From assembly GCA_031414535.1 (NCBI GenBank), contig JANNVQ010000029.1, forward strand, positions 64,001 through 128,000: a DNA stretch of 64,000 nt. The letters are read 5' to 3'. A model generated the notes under the pieces. That model saw only the letters and a program-made list of their open reading frames with translations. It was not told the DNA's origin and did not search any database. Positions 23,164 through 32,755 of the stretch are shown piece after piece. A program made the translations under genes and the position numbers. The stretch's first letter is position 1. Each line of letters starts with the position of its first letter. Source of the DNA: Gemmatimonas sp. GTDB lineage: Bacteria > Gemmatimonadota > Gemmatimonadetes > Gemmatimonadales > Gemmatimonadaceae.

Positions 23164-23334
23164 TTCGTACTCCGGGTAGGACCGCCGCCCTCAGGGGACG
23201 GTCGGGACTGGTGATACTATCCGACAGCTGCAGCGCTCTCGCCTGCGGCCAGCGTCGAGGAAAAGACTACCGATGACTACGCGCGAAGGGGGCGTGGGTG
23301 TTGAAGTCTCGAGCCCGAACTTATCATAACTCCC

Positions 23335-24276
23335 GTGCCCACCGCATCCTCAAGTACTCGGCGTGACTTTCTCCTTTGGACGGCCTCGATGAGCTCGAGC
23401 GCGGCCCTGGCATCCCTGCTACCTTGGCGCGCGGCCGCAGCACGCGCTGTCTCGATGGCGGCCGCCGAGCCTTGGGGGACCCTAGAGTCGCTTGGCGGCG
23501 ACGTCTGGGCCATGCTGTCCACCCCGCTCGCTGACCGCACCACTTTGTGTAACGGCGGTTTGATCGCCGGTCGCGACGGTGTGTTGATGGTTGAGGCTTT
23601 CGGCACAGACGCCGGGGCGCGCTGGATGCGCGATCGCGCGCGTGCAGTGACTGGCCGCGAGCCCACGCAGGTATTGCTCACGCACTACCACGGCGACCAC
23701 ACAGCCGGTGTGCCAGGCGCTCGCGAAGCTGGCGCCGAGCTCTGGTGCACCGCGCGCACTCGGGATGACGTACTAGAGCGCAATCAGAATCCGCCGGTGC
23801 AACTGCTCGCCGACGCGAAGCTCATACCGGCCGATGGCGAACAGATCATTGACCTCGGCGGGCGACGCGTGCGTCTGCTAGCACTAGATGGTCACACGGC
23901 GTCTGATGTGGTGGCCGTGGTGGAGGACGCCGGCATCGTGTTTACCGGCGACCTCGTGTGGTATGGCATGTTTCCCAACTTTGTAGATGCGCGGCCCTCG
24001 CGGCTCACGCAATCCGTGCGGCGATTGCGCGCGTTGGATGCACGCGTGTATGTCTCCGGGCACGGCGTTAGGACTGATGCGGCGGGCGTGGAGGCCTTCA
24101 GCGAACTGTTAGACATCGTCGAGCGCGCGGCCCGTGATGCGCACGCAGGCGGACGCAGCGCCGTAGCTGCTGCTGCAGACTTTCGGCTGCCGGCCGCGAT
24201 GGCGGACTGGACGCTGTTTAGTCCACGATACTTTGAACGCGCCATTGGCGCCTGGCTAAAGGAACTCGCTCCATGA
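23335..24276 (+). CDS. Tat-exported MBL-fold metallo-hydrolase
   Basis: TRRDFL Tat motif; THYHGDH, GHT, FTGD, SGHG. Confidence 0.85.
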   Translation: MPTASSSTRRDFLLWTASMSSSAALASLLPWRAAAARAVSMAAAEPWGTLESLGGDVWAMLSTPLADRTTLCNGGLIAGRDGVLMVEAFGTDAGARWMRDRARAVTGREPTQVLLTHYHGDHTAGVPGAREAGAELWCTARTRDDVLERNQNPPVQLLADAKLIPADGEQIIDLGGRRVRLLALDGHTASDVVAVVEDAGIVFTGDLVWYGMFPNFVDARPSRLTQSVRRLRALDARVYVSGHGVRTDAAGVEAFSELLDIVERAARDAHAGGRSAVAAAADFRLPAAMADWTLFSPRYFERAIGAWLKELAP

Positions 24277-25589
24277 TGACCTGTCACACTGTTGTGTCGC
24301 GCCGCGTGCGCGCCGCACTGCGCCTCGCGCTTGTCGGCTTCGCTGGAACACTCTCGGCCCAGCAGACATTCCCCAGCTCCTGGGATCCCGCCCTCCTGCA
24401 GCGCCCTGATGTCCGCGCTGCGCTCTCCCACCTCGACACCAACTTCCCGAAGCAGATGGAAGAATGGATCCGCATCGCACAGATGGAAGGCGCATCGCGA
24501 CACGAGGAAGTACGCGGCGCCTACGTGCGCGCCGAGTTGGAGCGGCAAGGATTGCGCGTCAGCGTGGATTCCATCGGCAACGTGACCGGTGTGCGCCCTG
24601 GCACGGGCGGCGGCCCCACGACCGTGTTCGCCGCGCATATGGACATCGCGTTTCCAGTGGGGACCAACACCAACGTGCGCCAGTCCGGTGACTCTCTGTT
24701 GGCGCCGGGCATCTTCGACAACAGCGCGTCGGTCGCGAATATGCTCGCCGTTGTTCGTGCGCTGAACGCCGCGCGCGTGGTGACGAAGGGAGACTTGGTA
24801 TTCGTGGCAACCGTGCAGGAAGAATTTGGCCTGCGCGGGATGGACTACTGGCTGCGCCACAATCCGCGCCCTGATCTCCTCATCGCGATGGACGGAGGGC
24901 TTGGCCCCATCAACTACGGCGCGCTCGGTATCTATTGGACGCGCTATCGCTACAAGGCTGCGGGCTCACACACGCTCTACTCGCGCGGCCGCCCGACACC
25001 TGTTCGCGCACTCGCTGATGCGATTCAGCGCATCTATGCATTGCAGCCAACTCCATTGCCCAATGGCGCGGTGATCAACGTGGGTCAGGTGCACGGCGGC
25101 GTGATCTTCAACGGCATTCCGCAGGATCTCTACTTCACGGTGGATCTGCGCTCGCCAGATCCGGTATTAGTCGACTCGCTCGACCGCGCCATCACGCGCA
25201 TCGCGCAGGAGTCAGCGCAGCGAGAGGGAGTGGAGATGGTCGTTGAAGTCGAACAGAAGAACGGCGCCGGCGGCACCGAGCCGATGCTCGCAGGTGCGCG
25301 GCGTCATCCGCTCGTGCAAACGGCCATCGATATCCAGCGCCAACTCGGCGTGCGCGTTGGAATGCCAGGCGCGTCTGAGGCAATCGCCACTGGAAGCACC
25401 GATGCCAACATCGGCGTGGTGATGGGGATTCCCAGCATCTCGATTGGCCGCGCATATGGCGGCGGTCAGCACACGCTCGCCGAATGGGCAGACGGGCCGA
25501 GTGCGTTGCTGGGCACCAAGCTCACCCTGCTGCTCGCCGCGACCTTCGGGGACGGGATTCGGGCGGTCCCGCCGAGGGTTGTGCCCTAA
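24273..25589 (+). CDS. M20/M25/M40 family metallopeptidase
   Basis: AAHMD, PGIFDN, TVQEE, GSTDAN, HTLAE. Confidence 0.85.
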   Translation: MMTCHTVVSRRVRAALRLALVGFAGTLSAQQTFPSSWDPALLQRPDVRAALSHLDTNFPKQMEEWIRIAQMEGASRHEEVRGAYVRAELERQGLRVSVDSIGNVTGVRPGTGGGPTTVFAAHMDIAFPVGTNTNVRQSGDSLLAPGIFDNSASVANMLAVVRALNAARVVTKGDLVFVATVQEEFGLRGMDYWLRHNPRPDLLIAMDGGLGPINYGALGIYWTRYRYKAAGSHTLYSRGRPTPVRALADAIQRIYALQPTPLPNGAVINVGQVHGGVIFNGIPQDLYFTVDLRSPDPVLVDSLDRAITRIAQESAQREGVEMVVEVEQKNGAGGTEPMLAGARRHPLVQTAIDIQRQLGVRVGMPGASEAIATGSTDANIGVVMGIPSISIGRAYGGGQHTLAEWADGPSALLGTKLTLLLAATFGDGIRAVPPRVVP

Positions 25590-25684
25590 GCGCGCGCCAA
25601 GGACCGCGATGTAATCCTCCCAGCGGCAATCATTTGGTATGGGTGCTGGGGTCGGCCCATGCTAGAGTGTGCTCCTTGGCAGGA

Positions 25685-25744
25685 TTGACAATTCACGGAA
25701 TAGATATTACTGTAATGCGTAATACCCATTACGCATTACGGAGG
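25685..25744 (+). promoter_or_regulatory. sigma70-type promoter and operator of TA operon
   Basis: TTGACA (25685-25690), 17 nt, TACTGT (25708-25713); perfect IR gtaatgcgtaat-N4-attacgcattac (25712-25739); GGAGG SD. Confidence 0.8.
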
Positions 25745-25748
25745 AGCT

Positions 25749-25976
25749 ATGCCGGTGTCTACTTTAACCACGAAGTATCAGGCCACGGTCCCGAAGGTCG
25801 TGCGCGAGGCGCTCGCGCTCGCGGCGGGGGATCGCGTCGAGTGGATTGTCGCGTCCGAAGGTGACGTGACCATCCGGAAGGCTTTGCCCGACCTCGCAGA
25901 GCTGCGCGCCATCGAGGTCACGCTCGCACCGGAGTGGGCGTCCGAAGACGACGAGGTCGCTTATGGCGGACTATAG
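25749..25976 (+). CDS. AbrB/MazE family antitoxin
   Basis: STLTTKYQATVPKVVREAL...GDRVEW swapped-hairpin pattern; acidic tail. Confidence 0.88.
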   Translation: MPVSTLTTKYQATVPKVVREALALAAGDRVEWIVASEGDVTIRKALPDLAELRAIEVTLAPEWASEDDEVAYGGL

Positions 25977-26295
25977 GCCAGGCGACATCGTCGTTGTGCC
26001 GTTCCCGTTCACCGACCGCTTGGCGTCCAAGCGACGTCCGGCGCTGGTGTGTTCGTCAACGGCCTACAATGGCGCGACTCGGCACGTGGTGTTGGCGATG
26101 ATCACCACTGCTACGCAGACCGCGTGGCCGGGGGATGTGGCGATTCGCGATCTTGCGGCGACGGGATTGCCTGCGCCGTCAACCGTGCGCTGGAAGTTGT
26201 TTACGCTGGATGCTTCGCTGATTTTGCGCCGGGCGGGGGCGCTTGGCGCGGATGACCGTGCGGCTTGCGCTGAGCGGCAGCCGATTGCGATCTGA
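25963..26295 (+). CDS. PemK/MazF family toxin
   Basis: GDIVVVPFPFTD, KRRPALV, AMITT, GLPAPS. Confidence 0.9.
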   Translation: MADYRPGDIVVVPFPFTDRLASKRRPALVCSSTAYNGATRHVVLAMITTATQTAWPGDVAIRDLAATGLPAPSTVRWKLFTLDASLILRRAGALGADDRAACAERQPIAI

Positions 26296-26363
26296 GAAGC
26301 AAGACGTCGGGGACGGTGGGCGGGCGACTCGCTCCATGGTAGCCGCTGCGGTATAATCGGCAT

Positions 26364-27713
26364 ATGTCGAACCGTAGAGCCTTCCTTCGTCGCGCGGCTG
26401 TGGGCACCGCCGCCACCGCTACAAGCTTTGCGCTTCCCTCGGCGATGCTTGCCGCGCCCTCGAGCGAGATGCTCACGCTGGCGCGCGAGCGCGCAGGGAA
26501 GCCGCTGCCTCCGCCACCGATTGGCTCGCCAGAAATGGTTGCCCAGGACGAAGCGTATTGGCGCGAGGTGGCAGCGCAGTACGCCATCACGGACAGCGTG
26601 ACCAATCTCGAAGCCGGCTTCTGGGGGATGATGTCCGCGCCGGTGCTCGCCGCGTACCACCGCAACGTGGACCGCGTGAACCGCGAGAGCTCGTACTTTG
26701 CGCGGCGCGAGTTTCCGGCGCTCTCGCAGCAGGCGCGTGCACGCACGGCCAGTGCACTCGGCGTCGCAACTGGTGAGATTGCCTTCGCCCGCAATGCCAC
26801 TGAAGCGCTGCAGTCCATCATCGGTCAGTACAATCGCCTACAGGCTGGCGATGTGGTGATGTACGCGGATCTCGATTACCCCGCGATGCAGATGGCGATG
26901 AACGCCCTCGCCGCCAAGCGTGGCGCGAGCGTCGCGACAATTGACATCCCCGAGCCCGCCACACGCGAGAACATTCTCGCGGCCTACACGCGCGCCCTCG
27001 ATGCGCACCCTCGCACGCGCCTGTTGCTGCTCACGTACCCGAGCAACAAGACGGGATTGATGCCGCCCGTGCGCGAACTTGTAGCACTCGCCAAGGCGCG
27101 CGGCGTGGATACCGTGCTCGATGCGGCGCACGCGTTTGGTCAGGTTCCGCTGTCACTCGCAGAGATCGGCGCGCCCTTTGCTGGCGTGAATCTTCACAAA
27201 TGGATTGGCGCGCCGATTGGTGTGGCGGCACTGTACATCCACAAGGACAGGCTGGGCCGTGTTGATCGTGCGCACGGTGATGATGGGCCGCTGGATCGCA
27301 TTGACAGCCGCATCCACACCGGCACTACCGATTTCGCCGCAGTGATGACCGTCCCCGACGCGCTCGACTTTCAGGAACGCATCGGCATTCCACGTAAAGC
27401 CGCGCGCCTGCGCTACCTGCGCGATGCCTGGGTGCGGCCCGCTCGCGAGATCGCAGGCGCGGACATCCTGGTGCCTGATGAAGCAGGACTCGCCGGCGCC
27501 ATCACGAGCTTCCGCTTGCACGGTGATGGCTCACGTGAGCGGAACGCAGCAGTCGCGCGCACGCTGCTCGATGAGTTTGGGATCTTCACTGTCGCGCGGT
27601 CCGGGCTCGCCAAGGGAGACTGTGTGCGCGTCACACCGGCTCTTTACAGCACGCCGAGTGATGCGGCGAAGCTTGTGGCCGCGATCAGAGTGATGGCGGC
27701 GCGCGGCGCCTAA
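26364..27713 (+). CDS. Tat-exported class V PLP-dependent enzyme (isopenicillin N epimerase-like)
   Basis: NRRAFL Tat motif; RNATEA, DAAH, NLHKW. Confidence 0.85.
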   Translation: MSNRRAFLRRAAVGTAATATSFALPSAMLAAPSSEMLTLARERAGKPLPPPPIGSPEMVAQDEAYWREVAAQYAITDSVTNLEAGFWGMMSAPVLAAYHRNVDRVNRESSYFARREFPALSQQARARTASALGVATGEIAFARNATEALQSIIGQYNRLQAGDVVMYADLDYPAMQMAMNALAAKRGASVATIDIPEPATRENILAAYTRALDAHPRTRLLLLTYPSNKTGLMPPVRELVALAKARGVDTVLDAAHAFGQVPLSLAEIGAPFAGVNLHKWIGAPIGVAALYIHKDRLGRVDRAHGDDGPLDRIDSRIHTGTTDFAAVMTVPDALDFQERIGIPRKAARLRYLRDAWVRPAREIAGADILVPDEAGLAGAITSFRLHGDGSRERNAAVARTLLDEFGIFTVARSGLAKGDCVRVTPALYSTPSDAAKLVAAIRVMAARGA

Positions 27714-28270
27714 GTCACAATCTCGTCGAAGTATGCCGAAAGCTCGAGCGTGAAGGGCGGCAGTTCCGCCCGTGGCGTCCACACGAGCGTGTCGGTGATG
27801 ATTTCGGGCTCCGTGTCGCCGCGACGCCAGCGCTCGATGAGCCGTTGGCCGGTGTCGACGATCCAGTATTCGCCAACATCCTCGCTCATGTATATCGCCC
27901 GCTTGCGGTAACGATCTGCGCGCGCCGTGCTTGGAGACAGTACCTCGATGGCGAGTAGCAGGGACTTCACCTCTGACCATTCAGCGGGCCGGCCGCTACT
28001 GCGCGCGGGCACGACGAACAGATCCGGCTGGACGAGCCGACGCGGCGAGAAGACGATGTCGGCCGGAGAAAACATTGTCCAGCCGAGTTCGTGGGTGCGC
28101 ACATACTCACGCAGGCGTGGGAACAGCTCTCCTAGTGCCGCCTGGTGCCGCAGCGAGGGTGACGGCGTCACGAACAGCTCGCCGTCGAGCACCTCGTAGC
28201 GATTGCCGTCGTCCGGCAACGCGAGTACGCGTTCGACAGTCCAGTCCATATCGAGAACGTGGGCAGGCAT
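27710..28270 (-). CDS. Uma2 family endonuclease
   Basis: RYEVLDGEL, QPDLFV, IEVLSPST, EYWIVD; start 28270 or 28276. Confidence 0.9.
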   Translation of the reverse strand: MPAHVLDMDWTVERVLALPDDGNRYEVLDGELFVTPSPSLRHQAALGELFPRLREYVRTHELGWTMFSPADIVFSPRRLVQPDLFVVPARSSGRPAEWSEVKSLLLAIEVLSPSTARADRYRKRAIYMSEDVGEYWIVDTGQRLIERWRRGDTEPEIITDTLVWTPRAELPPFTLELSAYFDEIVT

Positions 28271-28397
28271 GGCCATACGGTACGCTCGGCTCGGCGGGGA
28301 ACGCAATAGTGCATGAATCCACGGTGCGCACTGGTGCCGTTGAACCCCGCATCCTTGTCCCGCAGCCATCAGCGCTCTGATGGGCGCTGTCGAATTC

Positions 28398-29933
28398 TCA
28401 GCGAGCCAGGGATCCTGTCTGCAGCATGCCGGCAACCCGCGCTCGCGCTTCGGTAGCGTGCACCGGTAGAACCAAAAGGTCCCCCGCCTTGGCCCACGCG
28501 AGCATTGCCGCCACGCCGGCCTCTTCGCTCATCGCAATTTGCAACTGTGCTGGCTCCGCGCCGGCCGCCACCAACTCATCATGCAGGATGCGCGGCACCT
28601 CGCCTTCCGCGCGGCCACGCCGGTAATACTCCAGTTCCTGAAGCACCACCATGTCTGGCTTCACGTTCCATGCCGTGCGCGCCAACGCCTGCAGAGCGTC
28701 ATCGGCGCGGTCGCCAGCCTGGCCGAGGAGCAGCCCGAGTCGGCCAGTACCGCGATGCGCTTGGGCCACGGCGAGCAGGGCGGCGAGTCCGTGCGGATTG
28801 TGCGCGTAGTCCAGCCAGATGCGCACGCCGTTCCGCTCGTAGCGCTCAAGGCGCCCGGCGTTGTCCGCGTTCTCACGTCCGAACGAGCGCAGCGTCGCGG
28901 TGATCACCGACGGCGCCACGCGAAGCGCTTCCGCCGCGGCCACTGCAGCACACGCATTTTCGATGTTGTACCGCGCCGCGCCGCCAAACGCGATTGGCAT
29001 CTCCGCCGGCGGCGGCAACAAGGGCGAGGGGCTGCTCGCATGCAACCACAAGACGCGCGCGTCGGTCCGCGGGGTCAGCGCGCGCAGCGTGGCATCATCG
29101 GCGTTCAGCACAAGCGTGCCGCTGGCGTCCAACGCATGCGCAACGCCGAGCTTCACGGCCGCCACATCAGCGAGACTATCCACGCCGTACTCACCAAAGT
29201 GATCTGCTGCGATGTTCGTGACGACCGCCACATCCGCGCGCGGCACAAGCAAGCCGCGCCGCAACATTCCGCCGCGCGCGGTTTCGAGCACCGCCGCCGT
29301 GACGCGCGCATCCTCGAGCACGCGTCGCGCTCCACCCGGGCCGCTCCAATCTCCGCTCTCCACTTGCTCCTCGCCTACGAACACGCCGTCGGTGCAGCAA
29401 TAACCCACCACGTGCCCCGCGGCGCGCAGCATTGCCGCAATGAGACGAGTCGTGGTGGTCTTGCCGTTTGAACCTGTGACGAGCGCAATGGGGATCGCAC
29501 GCGTGGGCAGAGGCGTGGCGTCCTCTGGTGGTGACGCACGCTCAGCGGCAACCATCTCATTTAAGCGCGCCAACGCCGCCGATTGCTCGGTGGGCAAACG
29601 CTCGTCCTCCAACAAGCTCGCATCGTATGCCAGCCCATACTCGTCGGCCGCGGTTTGCAAGGCCCATTCGTTCAAGCTCGTCGCACTCATCAGGGCCGTC
29701 GCCGGCGCTGTGAATGCCAGAGAACTCCCTTGGGCGTGAAGGCGAATGCAGAGCGAAGTCTCGCCCCAGCCGATGGCCGCGCACATCCACCCGACGCGCC
29801 CGCTCCAAGCGCGCAGCAGCGCATCGTCGTGCCCGTGCGGCAGCGGCACCTCGAGCACGACGCCCGGTGCATCCAGCCAGAGGCTCGGGCCCAGCAATCG
29901 TCGTGAATCCGTGCAGAGCACTGCAGCCGGCAA
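28398..29933 (-). CDS. CphA-like Mur ligase protein lacking ATP-grasp domain
   Basis: N-terminal RRLLGPSLW like CphA start; VTGSNGKTTT, LETARGGMLRRG, DYAHNP, GDR. Confidence 0.8.
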   Translation of the reverse strand: MPAAVLCTDSRRLLGPSLWLDAPGVVLEVPLPHGHDDALLRAWSGRVGWMCAAIGWGETSLCIRLHAQGSSLAFTAPATALMSATSLNEWALQTAADEYGLAYDASLLEDERLPTEQSAALARLNEMVAAERASPPEDATPLPTRAIPIALVTGSNGKTTTTRLIAAMLRAAGHVVGYCCTDGVFVGEEQVESGDWSGPGGARRVLEDARVTAAVLETARGGMLRRGLLVPRADVAVVTNIAADHFGEYGVDSLADVAAVKLGVAHALDASGTLVLNADDATLRALTPRTDARVLWLHASSPSPLLPPPAEMPIAFGGAARYNIENACAAVAAAEALRVAPSVITATLRSFGRENADNAGRLERYERNGVRIWLDYAHNPHGLAALLAVAQAHRGTGRLGLLLGQAGDRADDALQALARTAWNVKPDMVVLQELEYYRRGRAEGEVPRILHDELVAAGAEPAQLQIAMSEEAGVAAMLAWAKAGDLLVLPVHATEARARVAGMLQTGSLAR

Positions 29934-29950
29934 GAAGGACGCGTCCTGGC

Positions 29951-32740
29951 TCAGTCGTCCAACTCGCGTGCGAGGCGCACGCCACGTTCGTCACGCACCA
30001 AGTTGCCAATCTCCGCTGCGATTGGCTCTACCACTTCCGCCACCGCCTGCACTCGCGGGATCGCGTGCTCCGCCGTCACGGGACGCGCCGAGCCTTCGGA
30101 GCGGAAATGGATGATCTGCTTCCACGTGCGCGTGATCTCGTCGCCGAAGACGAGCACGAGATCGCCCTGCCGCGCCATCGCCAGCGCCGCATCAACGGCC
30201 TGCTGCTCGTCGGGGATCTGTTGAATGCGCTCGGCCGGCACGCCGGCCGCGATCAACGCCTCGGCGAGCATCTGCGGCACTTCATCACCATCGCGGCCGC
30301 GCAAGCCGTCGTCGCGTCGGCAGATGTAGTGATCGAAGTGTCCCGCCGCTGCGCGCGCAATCTCCACGATGTCCTCGTCGCGTCGGTCGCCCGGAGCGGC
30401 GAGCACCACAATGCGCCGGCCCGACACATCGAGCCGCAGTGCCAGTTGGCACATCGCATCCACCGCGTGCGCGTTGTGGCCGTAGTCGAGAATCACCTTG
30501 AACGGATGCTCATTGAACACATTCGCGCGGCCCGGCGCTTGGAAGAACGTCGTGTCGAAGGTGCGCAGCCCCTGTCGGATCATCTCCAGCTTGATGCCCA
30601 TCGAGAATCCCATCGCCGCGGCCACCATCGCGTTCTGCACGTTGTGCATCGCGCGACCTTCCATCGTGGCGGGAATCAGGTGCGTCCACATCAGCGGAAT
30701 GTGCGCGCCCTTGTCGTAGATGGTGATCATGCTGCCGTTCACGCCGCTCTCCAACGAGACCGCGCGACCACCGGCGCGGATGTGCTCGCGCACAATCGCG
30801 TGCCCAGGATTCGTCGTCACGTAGCAGAGATGCTTGGCCTCGGTGTAGCTGGCCATCCGCAGCACGAGGGGATCGTCGGCGTTGAGCACGGCGGTGTCGC
30901 GCGCGACTTCAACCACGATACGCTTCACCTCGGCGAGTTCCTCAAGCGTGCCGATGCCCTTCAAGCCGAGATGGTCCGACTTCACGTTGAGCACCGCGCC
31001 AACGTCCACGTAACGCGTCCCCATGCCAGCGCGCAGTAATCCACCGCGCGCCACCTCGAGCACCGCCACATCAATCGTCGGGTCAGAAAGCACGATGCGC
31101 GTGGCCACGGGGCCAGTCATGTCGCCTTCCACCGTGCGCACGCCGTCGATGTACACGCCGTCGGTGGTGGTGAGGCCAGGTACGAACCCCGCCATCTTGC
31201 AGATGTGCGCGAGCATGCGCGCCGTCGTCGTCTTGCCGTTGGTGCCTGTGACCGCGGCCAGTGGCACTGTCGCCGGCGAGCCAGCAGGAAAGAGCATGTC
31301 AATCACTGGCCCAGCTACGTCGCGCGCCTTGCCCTCGCTCGGCGCGCTGTGCATCCGGAAGCCTGGCGCCGCATTCACCTCGCAGATGGCGCCACCGTGC
31401 TTGCGGTACGACTCGGTGATGTCCGGCGTGAGGAAATCCACGCCGCCCACGTCCAAGCCAATCGCCTTGATGGCGCGTTCGGCCATCTCGCGATTGTCGG
31501 GATGGATGATGTCCGTGACGTCCGTGGCCGTGCCACCGGTGGAGAGATTGCCCGTCGAGCGCAGGAATATCGTCTCACCCGCGGCGGGCACCGTAGCGGC
31601 GTCGTAGCCCTTGTCGGCGAGAAGTCGCAATGCTTGGTCATCAAGTGCGAGCCGCGTCAGCACCTTCTCGTGCCCTACACCGCGGCGCGGATCCGCATTC
31701 ACGATCTCCACCAATTCCGCGACGCTGTGCTTGCCATCGCCCACCACGTGACCCGGCGTTCGCTTGGTCGCCGCCACGAGTTCGCCATTCACCACCAAGA
31801 GGCGATGGTCATCGCCCGCCTGGAAGCTCTCGACAATCACGGAGCGCGAGACTTCCTGCGCCGCCTTGAACGCCACGCGCACCTGCTCATCAGTCGTCAG
31901 ATGAATCGCCACCGCGCGCCCGTGATTTCCATTGTATGGCTTGACCACCACCGGATACCCGATGCGTCGCGCGGCGCGTGCGGCGCTGTCTTCGCTCTGC
32001 ACGAGTTCCTGCTTGGGTACGGGCAACCCGAGTTGCCCGAGAATCTTATTGGTCTCTTCTTTGTCGCTCGCAAGTTCCACAGCGATATACGAGGTGCGCC
32101 CCGTAATCGTCGCTTGGATGCGCTGCTGGTGCCGTCCGTGTCCGAGCTGGATCAGTGACTGGCTATTGAGACGCATCCATGGGATGCCTCGGTCTTCTGC
32201 CGCGTGCACCAAGGACGCCGTGCTCGGCCCCAGCGCGCGACGCTGCGCAAAACGAATGAAACTGTCGCGCTGTGCGGTCCAGTCCCAATCGTCCGGCACG
32301 ATGCCCGCGGGTGTGACCTCTGCGGGCAGCAGCGAGGCCACAAGACGTAGCGCCAGTTCTCCCGCTTCAAGACCTTCATCGCGCTGTTCGTACTCGTACA
32401 CCACGAAGTACACGCCCTCAGTACCAGCCGTGCGCGTCTTGCCAAAGGTGACGGGGATGCCGGCGATGTTCTGTAGCTCGATGGCCACGTGTTCAATCAC
32501 GTGCCCGAGCCAGGTGCCTTCGTCCTCCGTCATGCGGCGCACGAATCCGCCGGGCTCACCGTACGAGCAGCCGTGCTCGCGGAGGCCGGGCAGGGCGGCG
32601 AGTAATCCGTCTATGAACGGCGCGCCTAGGCGACTCGTCGGCCACTGTTCCAGCGCGCCAAGATCGAGCGTCAGCCGGATGACGGGAAAGTGCGCGTAGA
32701 GCGAGGGGCCGACATAAACCGACCGTTCAAGGATTCGCAT
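29951..32740 (-). CDS. cphA: cyanophycin synthetase
   Basis: N domain GHVIEH, ATP-grasp KPYNGNHG / NLSTGG / EVNAAPGFRMH, Mur domain GTNGKTTT. Confidence 0.95.
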   Translation of the reverse strand: MRILERSVYVGPSLYAHFPVIRLTLDLGALEQWPTSRLGAPFIDGLLAALPGLREHGCSYGEPGGFVRRMTEDEGTWLGHVIEHVAIELQNIAGIPVTFGKTRTAGTEGVYFVVYEYEQRDEGLEAGELALRLVASLLPAEVTPAGIVPDDWDWTAQRDSFIRFAQRRALGPSTASLVHAAEDRGIPWMRLNSQSLIQLGHGRHQQRIQATITGRTSYIAVELASDKEETNKILGQLGLPVPKQELVQSEDSAARAARRIGYPVVVKPYNGNHGRAVAIHLTTDEQVRVAFKAAQEVSRSVIVESFQAGDDHRLLVVNGELVAATKRTPGHVVGDGKHSVAELVEIVNADPRRGVGHEKVLTRLALDDQALRLLADKGYDAATVPAAGETIFLRSTGNLSTGGTATDVTDIIHPDNREMAERAIKAIGLDVGGVDFLTPDITESYRKHGGAICEVNAAPGFRMHSAPSEGKARDVAGPVIDMLFPAGSPATVPLAAVTGTNGKTTTARMLAHICKMAGFVPGLTTTDGVYIDGVRTVEGDMTGPVATRIVLSDPTIDVAVLEVARGGLLRAGMGTRYVDVGAVLNVKSDHLGLKGIGTLEELAEVKRIVVEVARDTAVLNADDPLVLRMASYTEAKHLCYVTTNPGHAIVREHIRAGGRAVSLESGVNGSMITIYDKGAHIPLMWTHLIPATMEGRAMHNVQNAMVAAAMGFSMGIKLEMIRQGLRTFDTTFFQAPGRANVFNEHPFKVILDYGHNAHAVDAMCQLALRLDVSGRRIVVLAAPGDRRDEDIVEIARAAAGHFDHYICRRDDGLRGRDGDEVPQMLAEALIAAGVPAERIQQIPDEQQAVDAALAMARQGDLVLVFGDEITRTWKQIIHFRSEGSARPVTAEHAIPRVQAVAEVVEPIAAEIGNLVRDERGVRLARELDD

Positions 32741-32755
32741 TGCTTGAACTTGCTG

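Noticed and set aside
23335..24276. Metallo-beta-lactamase resistance gene
   Set aside because: HxHxDH is shared across the MBL superfamily; nothing specifies beta-lactamase activity.
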